DNA of 64,000 bases from Polyangiaceae bacterium (lineage in GTDB: Bacteria; Myxococcota_A; Polyangia; Polyangiales; Polyangiaceae). Every line of letters begins with the position of its first letter. Position 1 is the stretch's first letter. The notes under the pieces are model-generated. The model saw only the letters and a list, made by a program, of their open reading frames with translations. It was not told the origin of the DNA and searched no databases. The position numbers and the translations under genes were made by a program. This document shows positions 44,557 through 54,358 of this stretch, one piece after another. The stretch is taken from positions 352,001 through 416,000 of the forward strand of contig JBILLK010000001.1 of the NCBI GenBank assembly GCA_044376115.1, read 5' to 3'.

Positions 44557-47157
44557 ATGAGATTCGACAGAATGACGACGAAGGCGCAAGAATCCGTTCG
44601 GTCAGCGCTCGACTACGCCAGCCGCAACGGTCACCCCGAACTCTATCCGGAGCACATCGTACGGGCGCTGTTGCTCCAAGAAGAAGGTGTCACTTCCCCT
44701 GTCGTGACGAAGGCCGGCGCAGATCCCAACGCGCTCCGCACCGCACTTGAAGCCAAGCTCAACTCCTATCCGCGCGTGAGCGGCGGCGCCGAGCCCAACC
44801 TCTCACGGCGCGCACATACGCTTTTGCAGAAGGCCGAAGACGAGGCGAAGGCCCTGTCTGACGAGTATACGTCGGCCGAGCACCTGCTGCTCGCTGCAGC
44901 AAAGCACGATCGCGATCTGATGGGTCTGCTCGAGAAGGCGGGCCTCACCTACGACAAATTACTCTCCGCCCTTTCACAAGTGCGCGGTAGCCAGCGGGTG
45001 ACCGACCGTGACCCGGAAGGCAAATTCCAGGCGCTCGAGAAGTACACCAAGAACCTCACCGCGCTCGCGCGGCGGGGCAAGCTGGACCCGGTGATCGGCC
45101 GTGATGAAGAGATCCGGCGGGTCATTCAGGTGCTCTCGCGGCGCACCAAGAACAACCCCGTGTTGATCGGTGAGCCCGGCGTAGGCAAGACAGCGATCGT
45201 CGAGGGCATCGCTCAGCGCATCATCACCGGAGACGTTCCGGAGGGCCTGAAGGAGAAGGACGTGTGCTCGCTCGATCTGGCCTCGATGGTGGCCGGGTCG
45301 AAGTTTCGCGGGGAGTTCGAGGACCGGCTGAAGGCCGTGCTCAAGGAGATTGAGGCGGCCAACGGGCGCGTCATCCTGTTCATTGATGAGCTGCACACGC
45401 TCGTTGGTGCTGGCGCAGCAGAAGGCGCGATGGATGCGGCGAATATGCTCAAGCCGGCGCTCGCTCGCGGGGAGCTGCGCTGCATCGGCGCGACTACCTT
45501 GGACGAGTATCGCAAGCACATCGAGAAGGACGCTGCGCTCGAGCGGCGCTTTCAGCAGGTCCTCGTGGGCCAGCCGACGGTGGAGGACACCATCGCGATC
45601 CTGCGCGGGCTGAAGGAGCGCTACGAAACACACCACGGCATCCGCATCCAAGATGCAGCGCTGATCGCGGCGGCCAATCTCTCCAATCGCTACGTGACCG
45701 AGCGCTTCCTGCCCGACAAGGCGATCGATCTCGTGGATGAAGCGGCCTCGCGTATCCGCATGGAGATCGACAGCCTGCCGACGGCGATCGACCAGGTACA
45801 ACGAGAGCTCTTGAAGCTGCAAATGGAGGAACAGGCGCTCAAACGGGAGACAGACAAGGCCTCCAAGATCCGGATCGAAGAGACGATTCGCGAGATCGCC
45901 GAGAAGCAAGCGCAACGGTCCGCCATGCGCGCCCAGTGGATGGCCGAGAAGGAGATCCTCGCCGAGCTGCGCTCGCTTACGCCCAAGATCGAGGAGCTGC
46001 GGCTCGAGAGCGAGACCGCCAAACGCAAGGGGGATCTCGGGAAGGCCGCCGAGATCGAGTACGGGAAGATCCCTGAGGTGGAGAAGCAGCGAGAGACGTT
46101 GCGCGCCAAACTGGCCGGCGTTCAGAAGACGCAGGCCTACCTCAAGGAGGAGGTCACAGACGAGGACATCGCGATGGTCATCTCGCGATGGACCGGCATT
46201 CCGGTCAGCAAGATGCTCGAGAGTGAGATGCAGAAGCTACTCAGCCTCGAGACGGATCTGCGCGCCCGCGTAGTCGGCCAGGAGGAGGCGCTCGCGGCGA
46301 TCTCGAACGCGATCCGCAGGTCGCGCGCCGGTCTCGGAGACGAGCGTCGGCCGATCGGCTCCTTCATGTTCCTCGGCCCCACCGGCGTCGGCAAAACCGA
46401 GCTGGCGAAGGCCCTCGCGGAGCGGCTCTTCGCCGATGAGAAGGCGCTCATTCGTTTGGACATGAGCGAGTACCAAGAACGCCACACTGTGGCACGTTTG
46501 CTGGGCGCTCCGCCCGGGTACGTCGGCTACGGCGAAGGAGGTCAGCTCACCGAGCCAGTGAGAAGGCGTCCGTACAGCGTGGTGCTCTTCGACGAGATCG
46601 AGAAGGCCCACCCCGACATTTGGAACACGTTGCTGCAGGCGTTGGATGATGGCCGCCTGACCGATGGGCAGGGGCGCACGGTGGACTTCAAGAACACCGT
46701 GATCATCCTCACCTCCAACGTTGGTTCCGCTGCAGCAGCAGCCATCGAGGACGACGCCTCACTCTCTGCAAGCGACAGGGTGAGTCGCGTTCGAGCCTCG
46801 GTGCTCGCCGACGTGAGGCAGAGCTTCCGGCCCGAGTTCCTCAATCGTCTCGATGAGCTCGTGATTTTCCAGCGCCTCGGGCGCGAGCAGATGCACAGCA
46901 TCGTCGACATCCAACTGGCTCGCTTCGAGAAGCGGGTTCAGGGCCGGGGTATCAAGATCGAGATCAGCGCCGAGGCGAAGGAGTTCTTGATCGAGCAAGG
47001 TTGGGACCCGGTATACGGTGCCCGCCCGCTCAAGCGCGCCATCCTCAAGTACGTCGAAGACGTGCTTGCGCGGAAGCTCCTCGGGTCCGAGTTCGTCTCG
47101 GGCGACACCATCTTGGTAGGTCGCGGCTCCGACGCGCTGACGTTCGTGAAGGCTTAG
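44557..47157 (+). CDS. clpB: ATP-dependent disaggregase ClpB
   Basis: Two AAA+ modules ([16 protein letters not shown]), [11 protein letters not shown] and a long coiled-coil M domain. Confidence 0.97.
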   Translation: MRFDRMTTKAQESVRSALDYASRNGHPELYPEHIVRALLLQEEGVTSPVVTKAGADPNALRTALEAKLNSYPRVSGGAEPNLSRRAHTLLQKAEDEAKALSDEYTSAEHLLLAAAKHDRDLMGLLEKAGLTYDKLLSALSQVRGSQRVTDRDPEGKFQALEKYTKNLTALARRGKLDPVIGRDEEIRRVIQVLSRRTKNNPVLIGEPGVGKTAIVEGIAQRIITGDVPEGLKEKDVCSLDLASMVAGSKFRGEFEDRLKAVLKEIEAANGRVILFIDELHTLVGAGAAEGAMDAANMLKPALARGELRCIGATTLDEYRKHIEKDAALERRFQQVLVGQPTVEDTIAILRGLKERYETHHGIRIQDAALIAAANLSNRYVTERFLPDKAIDLVDEAASRIRMEIDSLPTAIDQVQRELLKLQMEEQALKRETDKASKIRIEETIREIAEKQAQRSAMRAQWMAEKEILAELRSLTPKIEELRLESETAKRKGDLGKAAEIEYGKIPEVEKQRETLRAKLAGVQKTQAYLKEEVTDEDIAMVISRWTGIPVSKMLESEMQKLLSLETDLRARVVGQEEALAAISNAIRRSRAGLGDERRPIGSFMFLGPTGVGKTELAKALAERLFADEKALIRLDMSEYQERHTVARLLGAPPGYVGYGEGGQLTEPVRRRPYSVVLFDEIEKAHPDIWNTLLQALDDGRLTDGQGRTVDFKNTVIILTSNVGSAAAAAIEDDASLSASDRVSRVRASVLADVRQSFRPEFLNRLDELVIFQRLGREQMHSIVDIQLARFEKRVQGRGIKIEISAEAKEFLIEQGWDPVYGARPLKRAILKYVEDVLARKLLGSEFVSGDTILVGRGSDALTFVKA

Positions 47158-47243
47158 CCTTCTTGCGTGCGAGTTCCACTGTGTGCTCCACACTGAGGGC
47201 GACCATCATTCCCATTGCCGGCGCTGCTCATGGCAGTAAAAGG

Positions 47244-47257
47244 GCTGTCATGACAGC
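47244..47257. promoter_or_regulatory. Perfect 14-bp palindrome upstream of mntP, candidate operator
   Basis: GCTGTCATGACAGC, 18 nt before the ATG. Confidence 0.4.
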
Positions 47258-47275
47258 GTCGGCTCGGCACTAACC

Positions 47276-47854
47276 ATGGATGTGGCAACCGTCTTCCTGC
47301 TCTCGGTTGGTCTCGCCATGGACGCCACGGCAGTAGCTGCCACGCGCGGCTTTGCCAGCGCTTCACGCAAGGGCCATGGTGAGCTCGCTGCCGTCGCCTT
47401 GTGTTTTGGTGGCATGCAGGCTGGGCTTTCGCTCGCTGGCGCGCTGGCGGAGGCGCAGGTCGGAACGGCGGTGGCCTCCTACGATCACTGGATCGCGTTT
47501 GCGCTTTTGGCCTTCATTGGCGGCAAGATGCTCTACGACGTCATTCGTGGCGGGGATGAGGACGAGCCGCTGAAGCCGCTGAGCCTTACCACCCTCTTGC
47601 TGCTGGGGCTGGCCACCAGCATTGACGCGCTAGCGGCCGGCTTCACCTTGCGCGCGCTCGCGGTTCCCATCGGTCTCACCGTCACGGCGATCGGCGTCGT
47701 CACCGCGGCGCTCTCGGCAATCGGCTACCTGATCGGAAAGCGGCTCGGTGGCGCGTTTGGCAAGCAGCTGACCGCGGTGGGCGGCATTGCGCTGATCGCC
47801 ATCGGCATCAAGGTGCTCTTCGATCACGGCGTGCTGACGCTCTCGGCCCTGTAA
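47276..47854 (+). CDS. mntP: Manganese efflux pump MntP
   Basis: GLAMDA, DHWIAFALL ... IGGKM and LATSIDALAAG. Confidence 0.9.
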   Translation: MDVATVFLLSVGLAMDATAVAATRGFASASRKGHGELAAVALCFGGMQAGLSLAGALAEAQVGTAVASYDHWIAFALLAFIGGKMLYDVIRGGDEDEPLKPLSLTTLLLLGLATSIDALAAGFTLRALAVPIGLTVTAIGVVTAALSAIGYLIGKRLGGAFGKQLTAVGGIALIAIGIKVLFDHGVLTLSAL

Positions 47855-47872
47855 CAGGCTCGCCGACGCAGC

Positions 47873-48898
47873 TCACATGACCGTGGTGCAAAGGCCCCCG
47901 GTGCAAACGCCTCCGCAGCAATCGGCAGCGGTCGAACAGGCCACACCATCGAGGCTGCACGGCAACGAGCAGTGACCGGCCACACAGAGGCCGCTGCAAC
48001 AATCGGCGTTCATCGTGCAGATGTCACCAGTCGGAACGCATTCAGTCGCGGCGCAGGTCGGCGGATCACCGGCGCACTGAAGGCCGCAGCAGGCTGCGTC
48101 GAAGTTGCATGACTCACCGTTCGCTACGCAGCCCGGTTGGCACGTGAGCATGCCTGCATCATTCGGAAGGCACTTACCGTTGCAACAGTCAGCGTCGGTC
48201 TCGCAGCCAGCGCCGGTGGTGTGACAAGTACCCGGCCCATGCACGCAGATCGGCGGGTTCTGCTCCTCGTCGCAAACCTCGCAGCAACCGTTACTCGGCC
48301 CCGAATTGCACGTCTCGCCGGTGGGCCGGCAATCTGGGTTGCTGCGGTCGATTTGGCATTCGCCGCCCTCACAAATGTTGGAGCAACATTCGGCGGCGGT
48401 GCTGCACGGCTCACTCTCGATTCGACATTGGGCCCCGCCACAAACACCGCCGTTGCAGTTGAGGTCACAACAATCGAGCGCCTTTTCGCAGGCAGTGCCG
48501 TCACCGACGCAGAACGGCAAGCACTTGACCAAGCCGGTGCCTGTTTCGGGCTCACAACGGCCGGAACAACAATCACCAGACGCTGAGCACTCGGTTCCCG
48601 ACGGGTCACAATCACCTGCCTCAATGCACACTCCGTCGATGCAAAAGTGCGAGCAGCAGGCGTCCGGATTGTCACAAGCCTGGCCCGTTGCAACACACTG
48701 CCCGGCCCCGCCCGAACCACCGTTCGACGCGTTCGCCCCCTGCCCTCCCCCGCCGGGATTGCCTGCAGCGGTGCCCCCGCCCTGTCCGGCTTGACCACCC
48801 CCGGTGCTTGCGCCGCCGGTGCTCGTCCCGCCACTATCCGAGCAGGCAACGATGGTCAGGAGGGTCGCAGCGAAGAAGCCATGACGAGCGGTCAGCAT
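47873..48898 (-). CDS. Lipoprotein with Gly linker and nine 6-Cys knottin-like repeats
   Basis: Lipobox IVAC; nine C-x6-C-x5(7)-CC-x2/3-C-x4..10-C units. Confidence 0.8.
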   Translation of the reverse strand: MLTARHGFFAATLLTIVACSDSGGTSTGGASTGGGQAGQGGGTAAGNPGGGGQGANASNGGSGGAGQCVATGQACDNPDACCSHFCIDGVCIEAGDCDPSGTECSASGDCCSGRCEPETGTGLVKCLPFCVGDGTACEKALDCCDLNCNGGVCGGAQCRIESEPCSTAAECCSNICEGGECQIDRSNPDCRPTGETCNSGPSNGCCEVCDEEQNPPICVHGPGTCHTTGAGCETDADCCNGKCLPNDAGMLTCQPGCVANGESCNFDAACCGLQCAGDPPTCAATECVPTGDICTMNADCCSGLCVAGHCSLPCSLDGVACSTAADCCGGVCTGGLCTTVM

Positions 48899-48962
48899 CC
48901 TTCGACGCTACAAGCTCGGCCGAGCCCGCCGCCAGTTTCGGCATTCAGGGCGTGAAACTAGC

Positions 48963-48980
48963 GTGTTCTAGTCAGAACAC
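48963..48980. other. Intergenic inverted repeat (hairpin or operator)
   Basis: GTGTTCT-AGTC-AGAACAC, flanked by a further AGGGCG/CGCCCT pair. Confidence 0.4.
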
Positions 48981-48994
48981 ACCGCCCTTCACTG

Positions 48995-49399
48995 TTATTC
49001 AGCGAAGCCCATTCGCCCAGCTTGGCTTGCACGCCCGCTGTACGAACTTACGACTCGGGCGCGATAGCCGCGCGCATAGAGCTTGGCCACCATCTGCTCG
49101 AAGCCGTCGCCTGAACAGGCCGGCGAGACAGCCTCGACCACCGCAGAACGGCCTTCATAGTCAACGTCGACGGCGCGCACGCCGCCAACACTCGAGAGCG
49201 CGGCTCGCACCTTGACCGGACAGGCTTCACCGCAGGCCATGTTCGGAATCGCCAGCTCGACGGTGCAACTATCACGCGTGGGCACCTTGCTGAAGTCTCC
49301 GTACGGGCTCCCGCCACAGCCAGCGGCGAGGGGTAGCAGCAGACCCGTAGCGGCTAGAAACAGGCCGGCGGCGGCAGATTTGCGCAGCGAAACGAGCAT
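48995..49399 (-). CDS. Heavy-metal-associated (HMA) domain lipoprotein
   Basis: Lipobox LAAGC; IPNMACGEACPVKV ... GVRAVDVDY ... GY. Confidence 0.75.
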   Translation of the reverse strand: MLVSLRKSAAAGLFLAATGLLLPLAAGCGGSPYGDFSKVPTRDSCTVELAIPNMACGEACPVKVRAALSSVGGVRAVDVDYEGRSAVVEAVSPACSGDGFEQMVAKLYARGYRARVVSSYSGRASQAGRMGFAE

Positions 49400-49441
49400 T
49401 CCGTCACCATAGCAAAGTTGTTCGCGCTGGACGAAATCACG

Positions 49442-50722
49442 CTACCGCGATGGCGGCCGTTGGCTGGGCGGCGGCTCCGATTGCTCGGAGAGCCCGCTCA
49501 CCACGCGGCGCAGCAGATCCAGGGCGGAGTAGGCAGCTTGGTGCTGGATGTCATTTCGATCTCCTTGGAAGACGCGCTCTCGCACCACCACGCCACCCGG
49601 GTGCGCAACGGCCCAGTACACGAGCCCCACCGGCTTGTGTGTGGAACCGCCGCCCGGCCCTGCAATGCCGGTCACCGAGAGCCCAACGTCCACTTCACAG
49701 ACGCGGCGTACACCTTGGGCCATCTCCGCTGCGACCTCGGCGCTGACGGCACCGTGGCCGCGCAACGTATCTTCGGCCACTGAAAGCAACCGCGTCTTGG
49801 CGCTGTTGGCGTACACGACCGCGCCGCCGATCAGAAAGTCGCTGGCGCCCGGATAGGACGTGAGCATCTGCGCGATCAGCCCGCCCGTGCACGATTCAGC
49901 GAGGGCCAAGCGCAATCCCCGCGAGCGCAGACTGCGCGAGGTGATGAGCGGGAGATCGTCGTCTCCCTCGCCATACACGACATCACCGAGCACCTTCGAC
50001 GTCAGCGCGGCACACTCGGTGGCCAGCGTACGGGCGGCGTCATAGCTATCGGCGCGCGCCGAGATCTTGATGTCGAGCTCGGGAACGTGAAGACGATATC
50101 CGACGGTTACTCCGGGAAACCTCGCTTCGATATCGGCAAGCAGCTCCGCTGCGACCGACTCGGGCATGCCGAACGTTCGCAAACGCACGACGTGCGTTTT
50201 TCGCGAAGCGGACGGGCCAATCCTTGGCAGGACTTGGTCTTGGAACATGCGCTTCATTTCGCGCGGAACACCGGGCATGAAGTAGGCCGTGGCGTCACCG
50301 ATGCGCAACGCGAAGCCAGGCGCCGTTCCCTCGGAGTTGGACAGCTGCTCACTGCCTTCCGGCAGATCGGCCTGCTTCTCGTGATGCGGGGTCAGCGTGC
50401 GACCACGCGCCTCGACCCTGCGCCGAATCGCGAGCAACGCGCTCTCGTCACGGGTTTGCTTGACCCCTGCGGCCAAGGCCGCAGCCCGCGCCGTTAGATC
50501 ATCGGTGGTCGGCCCGAGCCCGCCTGTGACCACGATCACTTGGTGTTCAGCCGCCATGCGCTTGAGCGTGGCAGCGATCTTCTCCACGTCGTCCGAAACA
50601 GCGGAGCCACCTCCGACATCGAACCCAGCATCGGTGAGCGCTGCCGCGAGATAGGCCGAGTTCGTATCGACGATCTCACCGCGTGTAACTTCGGTCCCGA
50701 CCGACAAGATCCCAACCGTCAT
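49442..50722 (-). CDS. cinA: CinA-like protein (MoCF-binding domain plus NMN deamidase PncC domain)
   Basis: GTEV ... [31 protein letters not shown] and TGIAGP; start at ATG 50722. Confidence 0.93.
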   Translation of the reverse strand: MTVGILSVGTEVTRGEIVDTNSAYLAAALTDAGFDVGGGSAVSDDVEKIAATLKRMAAEHQVIVVTGGLGPTTDDLTARAAALAAGVKQTRDESALLAIRRRVEARGRTLTPHHEKQADLPEGSEQLSNSEGTAPGFALRIGDATAYFMPGVPREMKRMFQDQVLPRIGPSASRKTHVVRLRTFGMPESVAAELLADIEARFPGVTVGYRLHVPELDIKISARADSYDAARTLATECAALTSKVLGDVVYGEGDDDLPLITSRSLRSRGLRLALAESCTGGLIAQMLTSYPGASDFLIGGAVVYANSAKTRLLSVAEDTLRGHGAVSAEVAAEMAQGVRRVCEVDVGLSVTGIAGPGGGSTHKPVGLVYWAVAHPGGVVVRERVFQGDRNDIQHQAAYSALDLLRRVVSGLSEQSEPPPSQRPPSR

Positions 50723-51516
50723 GCTGACCCCCGCGCAGAGATCGCCACCGCGAGCGTCCCCACATTTTCGATCTCGATGCGCAGGCGATCCCCGGACTTG
50801 AGTGGACCTACGCCCTCTGGCGTGCCGGTGAGAACGATGTCGCCCGGCAGCAGCGTCATCACCTGACTCACGTGGGAGAGCACCCGCGGTATCGAGAAAA
50901 TCATGTTCGAAGTGAGGCCGTCTTGTCGAAGCTCGTCGTTCACCCAGCAGCGGATGCGAAGGTTCGTTGGATCGATCTCGGTCACCACCTGCGGCCCGAC
51001 GGGACAGAAGGTGTCCATCCCTTTGGCTCGCCACCATTGGCCGTCCTTCTTTTGAAGGTCTCGCGCGGTGACGTCGCACGCAACGCTGTAGCCGAAGATG
51101 GCCGATTGCGCGGTTGCCTCATCGGCCTGATGCAGCCTCTTGCCCACGACGACGACGAGCTCAGCCTCATGCTCGATTCGCTCGGAGATGCTCGGCGGCG
51201 GCAAGATCACCGCGTCATTCGCTCCTATCAACGAGCTCGGTGGCTTCAGAAACAGCATCGGCTCGACCGGAAGATCGTTGCCGAGCTCCTTGGCATGGGC
51301 CGCATAGTTACGCCCGACGCAAAGGATCTTGCTCGGAGTCACTGGCGCGGCGAGCCGGCGGTCGGTCATGCCCTCGAACGCTGCGACCTGCTCTCCCGTC
51401 GCTACGCCCCCCAACCAAGGTGCATCCGTGAGCACATGAGCCGCGCCATCTTTGATCTCAGCGTGGACGATCTGCGCGTCGCTTAGCGCGATGCGGACGA
51501 ACAACCGATTGGACAT
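50719..51516 (-). CDS. Fumarylacetoacetate hydrolase family protein
   Basis: [34 protein letters not shown] and TGTPEG; start 51516 or 51522. Confidence 0.92.
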   Translation of the reverse strand: MSNRLFVRIALSDAQIVHAEIKDGAAHVLTDAPWLGGVATGEQVAAFEGMTDRRLAAPVTPSKILCVGRNYAAHAKELGNDLPVEPMLFLKPPSSLIGANDAVILPPPSISERIEHEAELVVVVGKRLHQADEATAQSAIFGYSVACDVTARDLQKKDGQWWRAKGMDTFCPVGPQVVTEIDPTNLRIRCWVNDELRQDGLTSNMIFSIPRVLSHVSQVMTLLPGDIVLTGTPEGVGPLKSGDRLRIEIENVGTLAVAISARGSA

Positions 51517-52999
51517 CACCATCTTCCTCCGTGTCCCGTGTGAGCTTTTCGAATGACGGAGCTTGGTCCTGGGCCTCGTCGTCCTCATCTTCGTCGTGGT
51601 CGGGCTTAGCGGCGGGCTTGCTCGGGCCGCTGGCCAGCTGGGGCTGTGGCTCGATGCGATCCAGAATTCCCGCGAGAGCGTCCAACATCGCCACGCGCAG
51701 TCGCTCGTAGGTCTTCGGCCCGATGTCGCCCCGCTTGTAGGCCTTCTCCAACAGTCCGAACTCGATCAGCAGCGAGCTGCGCGCTTCCTTTAGGTCCTCG
51801 AGGGCTTCGTTGGTGATGCCGGAGCGTTTGCGCACCGCCAAGTAACCCAGACCCAAAATCACAGCGCCAAGCGAAAGAACAACCGCCAGGTAAGAGGCCC
51901 ACGGACGGGATGGCAGACCAGAAATGGTTGCCGAAGGAGGGCTCAAGAACTTGGCCTTGAGGTAGTCCTCCGAGGTGATTTGCGTCTTTGTTACGAGGAA
52001 GCTCTTTCCAAGCTGATCTGTCTTCCGCTCGGGCTTGGGGTAACCCGCGAGCGTCAGGTTCATCTTCTGCGAGGCCTCCAGCGCGATACCTACTGCTGCC
52101 ATGTTGGGAGGAAGCGGGAGCTCCAACGTCTGCGAGCCGTCTGTCTCCATCGGGATCTGGAACTTGAACGCAAGCGGCGTCTCCCCCGGTGGCACGGTGC
52201 CCTTGATCATGACGTTGGTTTCGCTAGCCGAGACCTTCGGACTTCCCCCATCCGGAGTGTTGAACGCCTTGAACCCCACCGGCATTGGGAAGCTGTGATC
52301 GGCCACCCAAGCAGTGGGACTCCGATTCAGATAGGAGACCTGGTACTCGAGTACGAGCACGTCGTCCTTCAAGGTCACGCTGATGTTGCACTTGCCGAGA
52401 ATGCCGGCTTCGTTGATGTCGGCCGTCCACTCATAGACATGAAGGTGCGCTCGAACGCCGAACTTGTCGCTCAGGTTGAAGTCGCCCGTGTCGAAGCTGG
52501 CCTCACCGTTCTTCGCGATGATGCGATAGAGATGACCAGAGCCAAACTCGAGCCCGCTGAAGGTTGCCAAGCCGCGCGCGTCGGTAACGCCTTTCAGTCG
52601 TTCCTTGCTGTCACCCCGAGCGACGCTCTGGTGCAACACCGCCACCTCGAATGGCGTGTTGGCGAGAGGCTGCTCACCGGCGTCACGGAGCGAAACTAGG
52701 ATGGTCCCACGCTCGAGATCCGGCGCGGGCTCCGCTCCGTCTTGCGGAAGTGGCATCTCTTGAGGGTTGCCCCCGCCGTGAGGATTTGCCCCGTGCGGGT
52801 TCGGCTGCGCGCGGGGTACTGAAGGAGCTGCAACGGGCTGCGCAGAGCCAGCGGGTGTTGCGGAGCCCGCCTGTGGCGCGCCGCTGCTAGGGGCCGCCGC
52901 TGGTGGTGCCATCGGCTGAGCACCGGCCACGGGCGTGAGCGCCAACAGCCCAAGCAAGCTGAATACGGCGCACGGCCTCTGCCACCGCGAGTCATTCAT
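51458..52999 (-). CDS. Exported beta-sandwich protein with C-terminal TM and helical tail, last gene of the ccm cluster
   Basis: Signal peptide, TDARGLATF prealbumin-like segment, TM helix and RGDIGPKTYERLR helix. Confidence 0.6.
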   Translation of the reverse strand: MNDSRWQRPCAVFSLLGLLALTPVAGAQPMAPPAAAPSSGAPQAGSATPAGSAQPVAAPSVPRAQPNPHGANPHGGGNPQEMPLPQDGAEPAPDLERGTILVSLRDAGEQPLANTPFEVAVLHQSVARGDSKERLKGVTDARGLATFSGLEFGSGHLYRIIAKNGEASFDTGDFNLSDKFGVRAHLHVYEWTADINEAGILGKCNISVTLKDDVLVLEYQVSYLNRSPTAWVADHSFPMPVGFKAFNTPDGGSPKVSASETNVMIKGTVPPGETPLAFKFQIPMETDGSQTLELPLPPNMAAVGIALEASQKMNLTLAGYPKPERKTDQLGKSFLVTKTQITSEDYLKAKFLSPPSATISGLPSRPWASYLAVVLSLGAVILGLGYLAVRKRSGITNEALEDLKEARSSLLIEFGLLEKAYKRGDIGPKTYERLRVAMLDALAGILDRIEPQPQLASGPSKPAAKPDHDEDEDDEAQDQAPSFEKLTRDTEEDGDVQSVVRPHRAKRRADRPR

Positions 53000-53777
53000 C
53001 TTTGTCGGACTCCTTCGACGGCGCTTCCTCGTTCTGCGCCGTGGTGCTCTCCGGCGAAGACGGCTTCTTCACGTCACTCGGCTGAAGCTCCTCGCTCGGC
53101 TGAAGCTCCTCGCTCGGCTGAAGCTCCTCGCTCGGCTGAAGCTCCTCGCTCGGCTGAAGCTCCTCGCTCGGCTGAAGCTCCTCGCTGGCGCTCGCCTCCT
53201 CCGAACGTTGCGCCGAGCTTTCGCCAGGGGCGCCTTTCGGCTCGTTTTGCGGCTTCTTGGAGCGTTTGCCTTCAGCGCGCTTCTTCGTGTCCGACCGCAC
53301 CGCTTGCTCTTGTCCCAAGTGCGCTTGCACGACCTTCTCCGCTCGCGCCCGCTTCTCCTTGGACTTCTCGTCGATGACCTGGAGCAAGGCTTTTGCCTCC
53401 GCACGAAAGCGCCCGACCAGTACGCGGTAATCTTCCTCGCTGATCTTGCCGACAGCCCGCTCGAACTCGAGGTCTTTGAGGGCTCGCAACACGGCGCGCT
53501 TCTGCTCGAACTCGGTGTGCTGAGTGCCCAACGCGTAAGCGTCCGCACCGGAGAGCCTGGACTCGCCGATCAGCATGCGCACGCTGCTCCAGAACGCGGC
53601 GATCACTGCCACGAGCGCGAGCCCAGCAAGCACGAGAACGACGCCAGGCGCGCCGTAAGTGAAGCCGCTGTAACCGAGGGCGACACATGCGGCGACGGCA
53701 AAGACCCCCATCACGGCGCCTCGTGAGGGCCCTTCGTCCGCGGCTGTCGATTCAGGTTCGGCCTTTGCCTTGCTCAT
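52992..53777 (-). CDS. CcmI-like cytochrome c biogenesis accessory membrane protein
   Basis: Two TM helices then LRALKDLEFERAVGKISEEDY, resembling the CcmI cytoplasmic helix; follows ccmH. Confidence 0.55.
   Translation of the reverse strand: MSKAKAEPESTAADEGPSRGAVMGVFAVAACVALGYSGFTYGAPGVVLVLAGLALVAVIAAFWSSVRMLIGESRLSGADAYALGTQHTEFEQKRAVLRALKDLEFERAVGKISEEDYRVLVGRFRAEAKALLQVIDEKSKEKRARAEKVVQAHLGQEQAVRSDTKKRAEGKRSKKPQNEPKGAPGESSAQRSEEASASEELQPSEELQPSEELQPSEELQPSEELQPSEELQPSDVKKPSSPESTTAQNEEAPSKESDKDE
53077..53184. repeat. Perfect 18-bp tandem repeat x6 encoding EELQPS
   Basis: ctcggctgaagctcctcg, six identical copies. Confidence 0.97.
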
Positions 53778-54358
53778 TCTCGATCCAGATCCGAAAGCTC
53801 GCGATCCAACTTGTCGTCGTAGTCGTCCCGCGGTGCGTTCGCCTCGAGAGGTGCCTTCACTTTCTGGGCGGCTGCTCCCTGGCGCACCCAGCGACGCGCG
53901 ACGACGACGATCAGCGCCGCACCCAACACGATACCGAGCAAGGGCAGCGCCCAGATCAAGCGGCTCAACCCCTCATTGGGCGGCAAGGCCAGCGACTTGG
54001 TGCCAAACTTCGCCGAGTAGGCCTTTTGAACGGCCTGAATCGACATCCCGCCCTCGAGCATCTCCCGCAGTTCATCCCTGCGCTCACCCGAGTACTCACA
54101 GGTGCAAGTACCCAACGTCTCTCGGGGACAGCCGCACATGCAGATGAGACTGAAGAAGAGCTCCTTCTCCGTCTCATTGCGGATGCCCACGGTGCCCCCC
54201 TTGGCCACGTGCGACTGACCGACGGCATCGCTCGCCAGATGCGGAATCAGCACGAAAGCGAGCGCTAGCAGCGTCAGCCACTTACGCAAAAACCAGCGCC
54301 CAGGTTCTCTGACCGAGGCAGCGCCAGGCGCTCGCTTGACGGAGGCTTGGAGCTTCAT
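53774..54358 (-). CDS. ccmH: Cytochrome c biogenesis protein CcmH (variant Cys motif)
   Basis: LICMCGC ... RDELREML ... KFG ... LALPP ... IWALP; directly after ccmF. Confidence 0.75.
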   Translation of the reverse strand: MKLQASVKRAPGAASVREPGRWFLRKWLTLLALAFVLIPHLASDAVGQSHVAKGGTVGIRNETEKELFFSLICMCGCPRETLGTCTCEYSGERRDELREMLEGGMSIQAVQKAYSAKFGTKSLALPPNEGLSRLIWALPLLGIVLGAALIVVVARRWVRQGAAAQKVKAPLEANAPRDDYDDKLDRELSDLDRE

